A stretch of DNA of 30,528 nucleotides, from assembly GCA_020137815.1 (NCBI GenBank), contig WFME01000018.1, positions 1 through 30,528 on the forward strand. Reading direction: 5' to 3'. Position numbers and translations under genes: made by a program. How positions within the stretch are numbered: position 1 is the first letter of the stretch; each line of letters starts with the position of its first letter. This document shows, piece by piece, positions 9,856 to 19,601 of this stretch. The notes beneath the pieces were generated by a model. That model did no database searches. It saw only the letters and a list, made by a program, of their open reading frames with translations, and had not been told where the DNA came from. This DNA comes from Hormiphora californensis (taxonomy: Eukaryota > Animalia > Ctenophora).

Positions 9856-11591
9856 GTAAGTAAGTAAGTAAGTACCCACCCCAAAATCACCTTATAGACG
9901 CACTATAGACGTAGACTGACTATAGCAGCACCATAAACGCTAGATAGACCCATATAGACGCATGATAGAAGCATTATAGACGCAAATCGCTTTTTATAGA
10001 CGCCGCGTCTATAAAAAACGTGCTTTTTTAAGAAGCACTATAGACGTACTCAGACGCACGCTGCGATATTTGAGGCGCAGTTGGGCGTTTTATAAACGCA
10101 TTTTTGTCGCATATGAAAGGAAGCAGTATAGGCGCATTATGGACGCATTATAGCCGCATGTGTGCGAAATCGATAAAGACGCAATATAGACGCAATATAA
10201 GAAGAAGAGGGAGAGAGAGGGACGGAGGGAGGAAGAGAGGGAGGGAGGAAGGGAGGAGAGCGAAGGAGAAGGAAAGAGGGAGGGAGGGATAGAGACATCT
10301 TAATCTCTCTCCATCTTACTCTGTCCGTCTTTGTCCGTCTGTCTCTGTCTGGTCTGTCTCTGTATCCCTCCCTCTCTCCCTCTTTCCCTCTCCTTCCCTC
10401 TCCCTCCCTCCCTGATCCCTCTCTCTCCCTGATCTCCTTATTTTGTGTCTATATTGCCTCTTTATCGATTTCGCACACATGCGGCTATAATGCGTCTATA
10501 ATGCGTCTATACTGCTTCCTTTTATATGCGACAAAAATGCGTTTATAGTTCGCCCAACTGCGCCTCAAATATCGCAGCGTGCGTCTGAGTACGTCTATAG
10601 TGCTTCTTAAAAAAGCACGTTTTTTATAGACGCGGCGTCTATAAAAAGCGATTTGCGTCTATAATGCTTCTATCATGCGTCTATATGGGTCTATCTAGCG
10701 TTTATGGTGCTGCTATAGTCAGTCTATAATGCGTCTATAGTGCGTCTATAAGGTGATTTTGGGGTGGGTAGTGCGCCTATAATGCGGCTATACTGCGTCG
10801 CGTCTATAAAAATGCGTTTAAATTGCTGTTATAATGCGTCTATATTGCGTCTATAGTGCTGCTTACGAAATTGCGTCTATATTGCGTGTGTCTATAATGC
10901 GTCTATAATGCGTTTATAATGCGTCTATAGTACGTGGGTACTGCGTCTATAGTGCGATGCCCGCAAATGCAAAATTGCCCAAGTTTGTTGTAGGTAGTAG
11001 AGATTAGCTTTCTGAGCATTTTGCATTTTTGCCGCTCAAAATCGACCCACCCATCACTGAGATATTTTTGTTATGTTGGGAGAATTCCTGCTGGATCAAT
11101 ATTTATCAAACAGGATAGAAACAATCCTTGTGTTTTACTAACACATTCTTTAAATTTTTGATATGCTGGCTTGTATTGCCCTGCTTCTGTCATGTCAAAC
11201 TCACTGCTTATATTCAGAATGTGCTAGTAAAACACGACGAGTGTTTCTATTCTGTTTTATACATACTGATTAAACAGGAGTTCTCCCAACATAACAAAAA
11301 TATCTCAGTGATGGGTGGGTCGATTTTGAGCGGCAAAAACGAAAAATGCTCAGAAAGATAATCTCTACTACCTACAACAAACTTGTCCAATTCTGATTTG
11401 GTCCACTCTCACTTTAAAACACACAAAGAGAACTGAGAAACATTCAAAAACACCTAACCTGGGAGAGAAAAAAAAGAAACGACATGATAAGGGGCATGTC
11501 AGACATAACACAGAGGAATTGAGATAGTGAGACAGAAGGGGAGATAAAGAGAGAGTAATTGACGGAATGTGTTGTTTCTTTCTCTCCAATA

Positions 11592-11871
11592 GGGATCCCT
11601 AAAAAAGTTCAGTATTTACACAGCGTTTACACAGTCGTTACACCCAGAGCGCCCGCGCCGCTCTGGGTGTAAAGACTGCGTCTTTCGCTCTCGATTTGCA
11701 GCGTTTTCGGAAACTTTTTCGCCGCAGCGCTTAATTTACTCAATTTTGCAGCATACAATCCAATATTTTCTTAGAAAAAGCCGCAAAACGCAGCACGCGC
11801 CGCTCTGGGTGTAACGACTGTGTAAAGACTGTGTAAACGCTGTGTAAATACTGAACTTTTTTAGGGATCCC
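11592..11871. mobile_element. MITE with gggatccctaaaaaagttcag TIRs (possibly Harbinger-like)
   Basis: ~45-bp perfect TIR plus further internal inverted repeats; flanks ata/tta; absent from the homologous Helitron copy near 14320. Confidence 0.8.
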
Positions 11872-12093
11872 TTATATGTGTACTGTGTAGTGTGTAACTC
11901 TTGCAAATAGTGTTCCCTCTGTATTTCAGTAAGAACTGATCAATTACACTCACTTTGAATGTAACAATGTTACTAACATAGGGGTTAAAAATAAACTGCC
12001 AGCCAGCGGGAAATAAACCGCCGCCCAGCTGGCTGTTTATCGAGAGCGCGCCAGTGGTACTGCTCGCCACTGGCTGACTGGGGGGTTATTTAA

Positions 12094-12820
12094 AGTGAGA
12101 GTGGACAGAATCAGATTTGGACAAGTTTGCTAGAGGTTGTAGAGATTAGTTCTATGAGCATTTTGCCGCTCAAAATCGACCCATCCATCACTGAGACACT
12201 GAGATATTTTTGTTAGGCAGCGGATTACGGGGGCCCGAAAGAATCGCCCCTACCAGATGCCCGTACGCGATCCCGGACGTTTGGTTTGCGCATTGCATTT
12301 CACTACACTTTCACCACACAAAAGGCTCATGCGCGTCACATGCGTGACACGCTCGTCTGTTTTGTGTGGTGAAAGTTGTAGTGAAATGCAATGCGCAAAC
12401 CAAACGTCCGGCATCGCGTACGGGCATCTGGTAGGGGCGATTCTTTCGCGCGCCCGTAATCCCCTGTGTTACTCTTGGGGAATTCTTGTTTAGTATCAGT
12501 ATGTAACAAACATGATTGAAACAATCGTCGTGTTTTACTAACACATTCTGAATATAAGCAGTGAGGTTGACATGTCCATGCACAGAAGCAGAGCAATGCA
12601 ATTCAGCATATTAAAAATTTATAGAATTTTTTAGTAAAACACAAGGATTGTTTCTATCCTGTTTGTTACATACTGATTAAACAGGAATTCCCCGAGAGTA
12701 ACAAAAATATCTCAGTGATGGATGTGTCGATTTTGAGCGACAAAAAGGCAAAATGCTCGTAGAACTAATCTCTACGACCTCCAACAAACTTGCCCAATTC
12801 TGATTCTGTCCACTCTCACC
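12094..12820. mobile_element. Kolobok-like MITE copy 2 (opposite orientation)
   Basis: ttaa at 12090-12093 and 12821-12824; agtgagagtggacagaatcag TIR; empty TTAA site at 14491-14494. Confidence 0.85.
12216..12468. mobile_element. Palindromic MITE, ggattacggg-terminus family, copy A
   Basis: cagcggattacggg ... cccgtaatcccctg; TTA on both flanks; absent from the opposite arm of the host MITE (~12685-12715). Confidence 0.85.
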
Positions 12821-13083
12821 TTAAGCTAGCGGGGTATATTATACATATTACTGTAATTATAGCGATACCCTGTAATAGTTATCAGCTAAGTATTACAGCA
12901 GTACCCTCGTATCAGTTCACATTGTAAGCGGTTCCACCGCTAATGAGGTTTAAACAAGTTTACCAAATCGTGAGCAATACCCCATATCGGTTGATATTGT
13001 AAACAGTTCCACCGCTAATGAGCTTCACCGAATCGTGAACCGATACGGAGTGTACTCCGTATCGGTTCACACGCCAAACTAGT

Positions 13084-13190
13084 CCCCTCTCTATCACTCT
13101 CAGCTATCTCTCTATCTCTGTCCCTCTTTTTGTCTCTCACTGTCCATCTTTGTATCTCTGTCTCTCTGTCTCTCTCTCTTTCTCTCTCTA

Positions 13191-13223
<33 letters not shown>

Positions 13224-13230
13224 TTTCTCA
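13084..13230. repeat. (CT)n / CTGT microsatellite
   Basis: Direct inspection. Confidence 0.9.
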
Positions 13231-13504
13231 CGTTGCACAAGCTTACAATGCTTAAATCATGACATGTGATTCGTTAAGATCATGTGCTTATTATGACGGG
13301 GGGAGGGTATCAGATCATGGTGACAAAATGAGACCAAACTTGGATGTAAAATGAGAGAATGAGAGCCATTTGAAAACTTTAAAATGAAATAATCAAATTA
13401 GACATATATTTGGTACCAAAATGGTCAGGGAGTTGTACTGGATAGTCTGAAGCCAAATTTAAGAAGGTGCGGGCAAGCGAACTTTGACTTTTTGCAATAT
13501 TTAT

Positions 13505-13660
13505 AAAGTCCATTTTTTTTCAACTGTTCACCCAAAAACCGAAATTTAATAAAAATTAGAATTTGGGTGGCGCGCGCTACACGTTAACATGTGATAAACG
13601 CGCAAAACAATTCCGCGCACGACTTTGGGGGGTGAACAGTTGAAAAAAAAATGGAGTTTT
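13505..13660. repeat. Inverted-repeat element related to 1248-1369
   Basis: ccattttttttcaactgttcaccc / gggtgaacagttgaaaaaaaaatgg. Confidence 0.6.
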
Positions 13661-14102
13661 CACCATCCAACAAACGATTTCAGCGCCAATTTAGGTTGTG
13701 AACGCGCACAGTCGAAATTTAGACTCAATGCGCGTTCTGGGCATAACATAAGGGTCACGCGACTACCAGTAATTACAATTAAATTGATGTTAAACACAAC
13801 ACGCGGCCGTTTGAATCCTCCCCAGCGGTTTTGACAATCTGCGATTGGAATATTTAAGCCTGTGAGACTGGAATACGCAGCAAATGATGATTAATGTATA
13901 ACTTTCCAGTTGGCGTATGCGTAGCTTGCTCAAACCGAGCTGGGAAAGTTACTGTAGTTTATGACTGGCGATAAACTTTGTTTAAATCACGACGACGATC
14001 CCGAGGCGTACCGAGGGAGAGGCGGAGGGGTTTAAACCTATAACGCGTCTGTGGCAAGAGTTTATAGGTTATATACCCTGCTTTAGTTGTTTGTTACAAG
14101 TA

Positions 14103-14520
14103 TTACACACTAACAAGAGAGAGAACACTAATCAAAACACACAAAGAGAACTGAGAACAGTCAAAAACTCTCTCAATTGAGTGTACATTGTTTGGTAACA
14201 GTTACTAAGGAGAGAGAGGAAATAACAAGTATGGGGCATGCAGACATACACAGAATTGGAGTGAACAAATGGAGAATAACGAGAGAGTATTGGCGAATGT
14301 GTTTTTTTCTTTCTCTCCAATTTAGTGTGACTCTTCCAAACAGTGTTCCCTCTGTATTTCAGTAAGAACTGATCATTTACACACACTTTGAATGTAACTA
14401 GGAGTTAAAAATAAATACCTGCCAGTGGGAAATAATCTGCCGCTGGACTGGCTGGTTATCGAGAGCGCGCTAGTGGGACTGGCGCATTATTTAAGTTAGC
14501 AGGGTATATATATTACATAG
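14103..14520 (+). mobile_element. Second, uninterrupted copy of the Helitron 5' region
   Basis: Collinear with 7293-7325 + 11418-11590 + 11885-12093 + 12825-12845. Confidence 0.8.
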
Positions 14521-14676
14521 TATTATAGATTTGACTTCAGAACAAGATTTTTAATATATCTTCTCTGGCTGCTAATCTCACTTTCTCTCTCACACATACA
14601 CGCCCTACTGTACAACAGTGAAGGGGAAACATACAGCGGGTAGATCACGGTTGTGGAAGAATGGCTTGGTTAAATA

Positions 14677-14815
14677 TCAATGATGAGATCTTGTTCAGGA
14701 TTAAAAGGGAGAAAATTAGAAAATAATCTGGCGAGGGCCGGGCTCGAACCGACAACCTCTGGGTTTCGCGTCCATTGCTCTACCTATTTAATCCTGAACA
14801 AGATCTCATCATTGA
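14677..14815. mobile_element. 29-bp inverted repeats enclosing a tRNA-derived fragment
   Basis: tcaatgatgagatcttgttcaggattaaa (14677-14705) / exact reverse complement (14787-14815). Confidence 0.65.
14729..14784 (-). pseudogene. 5'-truncated tRNA-like / SINE-head fragment
   Basis: Minus strand ggtagagc...ggttcgagccc...gcca: partial A box, B box/T loop and CCA-like end; the 5' acceptor strand is missing. Confidence 0.6.
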
Positions 14816-15039
14816 GATTTGACTTCAGTGTCAATTTTGACCTACTTCTTGTTGACAGACAAACTTCTCGGGTATTCTCCAGTATATTAGGACCAATTTG
14901 TAGTATTTTGCAACAAACCGGATGCAAATCGGTCCAGTGGATCGCGTGCAACATCCCTTGAAAGAAACAACCCTTTTTGTGGCGGAGCCGACACCCGTGT
15001 GCGGGGGTCGCGCCAGGTGTCTATGTCACCAAATTAGCG

Positions 15040-15192
15040 GGCAGCGGCGGAATTGTTTACAATATCAACCGATACGGGGTACTGCTCACGATTCGGCACC
15101 TTTTGTTAGCAGCGGAACCGCTTACAATGTGAACTGATACGAGGGTACTGCTGTAATAGCTCATCACTATTACCGGGCATCGCTATTACAGT
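15040..15192 (-). mobile_element. Inverted fragment of the Helitron 3' region
   Basis: Reverse complement matches ~12850-13015 (attacagcagtaccctcgtatcagttcacattgtaagcggttcc). Confidence 0.75.
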
Positions 15193-15488
15193 ACTGTACT
15201 AGTAAGTTATTATTATTGTGCTGTAATAGCGTGTCGAGATTCTTCTGACCTGCCGAACATTTTATTGACGTTTATCACGATTCTGTACAACAAATTTTAA
15301 ACAAAAATTTAAATCAATCAGGTCGCGTAATATTTATCAACAAGATCCGACATATATCATCACTTACAATTAACTGTTCATTCAACTGTTCATTCTAAAC
15401 CCTCCTTTACATTCGTAAATATGGCCGGAGCACACGGAAAGAGTGTTTATTACCCGTGCGCAGTTTTTGCATAATGCACGATTGCTCA

Positions 15489-15667
15489 GGGCGGAATCAC
15501 ACCAAGATCTTCGAAGTTCGAAAGAATCGTTTCGACGCACCAAACCCAATCACACTGAAAAGTTTGGTTGGTTCTTCACAGCAGGCGCTCAGTTGTTGTG
15601 GCAAGTGCATCTTGGGCGCTGGCAAGCTTCTATATGTTACAACTTTTCAGTGTGATTGGGTTTGGTG
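15489..15667. mobile_element. Deleted/truncated copy of the 4038-4375 MITE
   Basis: gggcggaatcacaccaagatcttcgaa start, shared core, partial right arm. Confidence 0.8.
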
Positions 15668-15902
15668 GTGGTGGTGGTACAGATAGGTTATAGCGTGCCA
15701 AACTCTGCCCCGTAGGGCAGAACGACATTGCAACCTCGTCATAGCGTCTGTCATCGTGTTGTGGTCAGTTGATATCATTGCATTCTTATTGTCAGTCAGT
15801 CATTGTACTTGCCAGACACTTACGCAGCCCCCACGGTTAAAGGTCGGTTGCACTCTTTGCATCTCCGCCCCGTGAGGACATTTGCAGTTATCTTGCGAAT
15901 AA

Positions 15903-16124
15903 CACGGGGGATTACGGGGGCTCGAATAGATCGCCCGTATAGATCGCCCGTACATTTGCTTTGCGCATTACGTTTCATCGCACTTTCACCACACATTTAA
16001 GGTACATGCGCATCACGCGCATGTGTTTCGTTGTGGTGAAACGTAATGGGCAAAGCAAATGTACGGGCGACTGGTACAGGCGACTGGTACGGGCGACTGG
16101 TACGGGCCCCCGTAATCCGCTGCT
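15903..16124. mobile_element. ggattacggg-terminus MITE, copy B
   Basis: taa|cacgggggattacggg ... cccgtaatccgctgct|taa; 13-bp gtacgggcgactg tandem at 16061-16106. Confidence 0.8.
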
Positions 16125-17801
16125 TAAGCAACATGCCAAGTTAGGGGGCAATTTTTCAAGCTTGGGTGGCTGTGCAGGTAAGCCTGTTCGTTTGTTTGTT
16201 ACGACGACGGTCCGTCGAGTGGACACTTCTCAAGTTGGGTCTGGGGTAGCTGTCTATAGTAGCTCTAATTAATATTGGTTTTAAGGTTAATCCGTAACTT
16301 ATCAATTGTACACAATGAATGAACAGTCAGATGAACTTACAGTATTGTGTATGATTGATACCGTGATGTTAGTGGTGAAGGTGAGAGTTGTATTCCTTTC
16401 CATTACAGGTAAGGATAAAAGACGATCAAACACAAATAAGGCGTGGGGCAGTACCAACGTAGAGTGTGAAATGTTCTAGAAGACAAGTCGGATAATATAT
16501 AATTATAGGGGGGAGACACACTGAGGTTGGTGGAGGGTGAGATTCCTTCCCACGCCCTTGAGATGCAGGCCGCGGCTAATGTCTATTTTTTTAAATAGCA
16601 ATAGTGTCCTACAGACCAGGCAGGGAATCTTCAGGGGTGACCGCATCCCCGGGGTAAACCATGAAGCTCTTGAACTGCCTGGAGCATCTCACATACCACT
16701 CCAAGAAACAGAGCTGCCCTCCTTGGGTGGTGTGTTTTTCTCTCTTCCTTCTCTAATCCGCTCATGACTCACTCTCTCTGTGTAAGATACCCCCGGCCGG
16801 TATTACCCCATCTCCCCAGCCTTGTGCACTGGGCCAAAGTAGATGCTAAATACCGCCCAAAACCCTTCCTCAGCAAAAGTCCAGGCTGGGAGAGGTCTAA
16901 TCTCAACTGGCCTTCCTCTACCTTCTGTCCACCTAGCCTCTGGACAGTTATAAAAGGTCTAACAAGCTAGGTCTTAACTGGTTAGCTACCACCGACTCTC
17001 GCAAAATTCCCACAGCCGAGGTCGAGATAAACTCAAGGGTGTTTTCCGTAGCCCAACAGGAGAAACTAACACAACCAGTAGCCTCGCTACTACCTACGCT
17101 TCTTCAAAAGTCCATGAGAAGCGTAGGAGATTCCCAAATGGCGATTACCCCCCAAACGATGAAGGTAACAACCAACATCATCATTCTCTACCACAAACAA
17201 GCCTCCACAAAAACCTGATCAACAAACAGAACAAACCACTATCCCATGCTACACAAATTTCTATGATTGACGCACATAGATACCTAACCCACTAAACATT
17301 TCACACGCCAGAGTTCCGTTTTGGGAAGAACCTGCCCTAACTACCCATGAACGGCCGGACGCTGCATCTCTGCACACGAAACAAAAGTGATGTTCCATGA
17401 ACCCACATGGAGTACTGATTACAAATCAGAGGTTGGCAGCGCAAAACCTACAAAGGTGCCATAGTCAATGGATGTGTCCGAATTGTCCTAGCCAAGGCCA
17501 CATCTAGAGCGATCAATGCTGAGATGCCACTCCCAAGGGTCGCTGGAGATATCCGAGACGGCAACATGTGAAAACAGTGCTGGTGCGGTCCTCTTCATGG
17601 GACCTGTTAAGATAGTTATGGGAGACGATTCCACCCTTATCTCCAAAACCATGGACATAGACGGAGGAAGAAAACTCTCCCGGGGGAAAGAGGAAACTCT
17701 GGACCCTGAGCTCCGTCCTTCTCGGGCGTGAGGAACTGGCTACCTGACGGGATAAAACACAGTAGAGGATTGGAAGCGGAGGCGCATCAACAACAAACAA
17801 C

Positions 17802-18220
17802 AACACTGAGGTGGTCCGCGCGTTCAACTCTCAACCGCGTGAACACACTGAAGTTTCGCGGTTTGAAGTTTCGCGGAAAAGTTCGAAGTTTCGCGAAACC
17901 CCATTTTCGGCTGAGAAATCATTGTAAGGTGCTGACTTATTTACTGGTACATCTCTCGAGGTGGTCCTTTGTCCATACGAGTCAATTTCACCGTTTTTAA
18001 AATTTTTGGTGAATTGGGACAACTGTGACCGGATTAGCCAAAAACTTCAAAACGGTGAAATTGACTCGGTATGGATAAAAGGACACCTCGAGAAATGTAC
18101 CGTAAGTAAGTTAGCATCTTACAAATGATTTCTCAGCCGAAAATTGGTTTTCGCGAAACTTCGAACTTCAGTGTGTGTCGCGAGGTTGAGATTTGAACGA
18201 GCGCGCTCAACTTCAGTGTG
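17802..18220. mobile_element. Diverged palindromic MITE with cacactgaag termini
   Basis: ~200-bp inverted arms around ~18015-18030; TSD not resolved. Confidence 0.7.
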
Positions 18221-19601
18221 TCTCCCCCCATATAGATAGGACCATTGATATAGATAACTGTTACACGCGATAAGCGACTTAGTGCACCAAAACACAAGGA
18301 TTGTCAATGTAGTGCCCTGTGTAACAAAGTGCTCTAAATTGGGAAGGGCAGGGGTGGGTGAGGTGGGGTGGGGGAGGTGGGACGGGGGCGGGGCGGAAGG
18401 GGTGGGAGGTAGGGAGAGAATAGAGAAGAGTGCTAAGTGTAAGATTCGAGTTGAAGAGAGGGGACGGGACAAAACAACGAGACGTAATCACTCTGATAAT
18501 TGGGTAGTATGGTATTTAAGGTCGTGCGCACTTTTTGGCGCCAACTTGGCGCCACGTGGCGATATTTTAGCGCCAAATGGCGCCAAAATTTGGCGACTGC
18601 GCACAACCGCCAATTTGGCGCCAAAATGGCGCCAAGTTGGGTAGTCCCGCCATGGCGGTAGTCATCGCCACATGGCAAAATTTTGGCGCCAAACACGCCA
18701 TATGGCGGTCGGGAATGCGCCACACCACGGGAGTGGCGCCATACATGCTCTGGGGTACTGATGGCGGTGGCGTGTGGCGCCATTTGTTGAATATGGCGCC
18801 AACTTATGGCGCTAAAAAAAAAAACCGATTTCTGGAGTGGCGCCACACCACTGGAGTGGCGCCACATTTTAAAACTCTGGCGGTATGCAAGTGGTATTTG
18901 TGTGGCGCCAACCGTTGTCGGGGCGGTAGTCAAACGGCGCCACATATTAGCGCCACATTAATGGCGCCACATTATGGCGCCACATGATATGGCGCCACAT
19001 GATCATGTGCGCCATATGGACATTGCCGAAATGAGCCCTTCCGTGAGCCATTTTTGAAGTTGTCTGTGTCACCTACATAAGCCTGTCAAAACGTGTTTCG
19101 ACATAGAACTCACTAGCGGCAAGCCAATTCCGGTGGTTTAATTCTAGGTATAGGCCCCTGAACATAAAAACCAAATGTCAGTCTCAATTATTTGGGGGGA
19201 AGGTGTGTAATTAGCCCCTAATGATTGGTAATTGAGGATAGGAGAAAAAACCTGTATCTTACCTTAGGAAAGGAGTAGAGATAAAATTAAGGACACCAAA
19301 GTGTTCATGTCCTCGCATTAGTGGGGGTAGGTGCCGAATAAAGTCTTTATCTCATCTGGTTATTGGATAATTGGATAATTAGCCCTGCACATAGCCGTTT
19401 GCTGGCCATATGGCTATATATAGCCATGTTAGGAAAGAGTAGAGACACAACCGGGGGCACTGAAATGTTCAGCGTTCTCCAATTAGTGGGGGGTAGGTGC
19501 TGAAATTAAGTCTCATCTCGTCCGGTTAATTAGATAATTGGATAATTAGGTTTAAGCATAACCGTTTAAGGCTATTATATGGCTATGGAGGTGAGACACT
19601 A

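Larger units (their letters stand above)
7593..9872 (+). mobile_element. 5'-truncated RTE-clade non-LTR retrotransposon
   Basis: 10-bp TSD tacccacccc (7583-7592, 9873-9882); (TAAG)5 tail at 9853-9872; the empty site is preserved in the opposite foldback arm (~10752-10775). Confidence 0.95.
7363..10979. mobile_element. Mutator-like foldback element rich in TATAGACGC motifs
   Basis: GGCAATTT...AAATTGCC ends; 9-bp TSD caagtttgt (7354-7362, 10980-10988); ~540-bp near-identical inverted arms; GA-rich then CT-rich centre at 10200-10440. Confidence 0.9.
7326..11413. mobile_element. Kolobok-like MITE (TTAA TSD, AG...CT ends), copy 1, interrupted by a foldback element
   Basis: ttaa|agtgagactggacc ... 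gtccactctcact|ttaa; long TIRs after removing 7363-10988; empty site at ~14125-14142. Confidence 0.8.
7293..13082 (+). mobile_element. Non-autonomous Helitron carrying multiple nested insertions
   Basis: A|TC 5' end at 7293; perfect 17-bp-stem hairpin at 13035-13070, 8 nt before CTAG|T (13079-13082); uninterrupted homologue of the 5' part at 14103-14520. Confidence 0.75.
7266..14091 (+). mobile_element. Putative Helentron-like element hosting the nested stack
   Basis: tataaactcttgcca (7267-7281) is the exact reverse complement of tggcaagagtttata (14053-14067); a CT microsatellite follows the 5' end once the Helitron is removed; 3' hairpin weak; boundaries approximate. Confidence 0.45.

Noticed and set aside
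14729-14784. Functional tRNA gene
   Set aside because: The 5' acceptor strand and part of the D arm are missing, and the anticodon arm is irregular
16400-17800. Host exons or a decayed retroelement ORF in the least repetitive stretch
   Set aside because: Only short ORFs with no motif I recognise and isolated splice-like signals; needs BLASTX/RNA-seq
18343-18415. G-quadruplex regulatory element (also 5902-5945)
   Set aside because: G-runs are present, but there is no linked gene or other evidence of function; treated as low-complexity sequence
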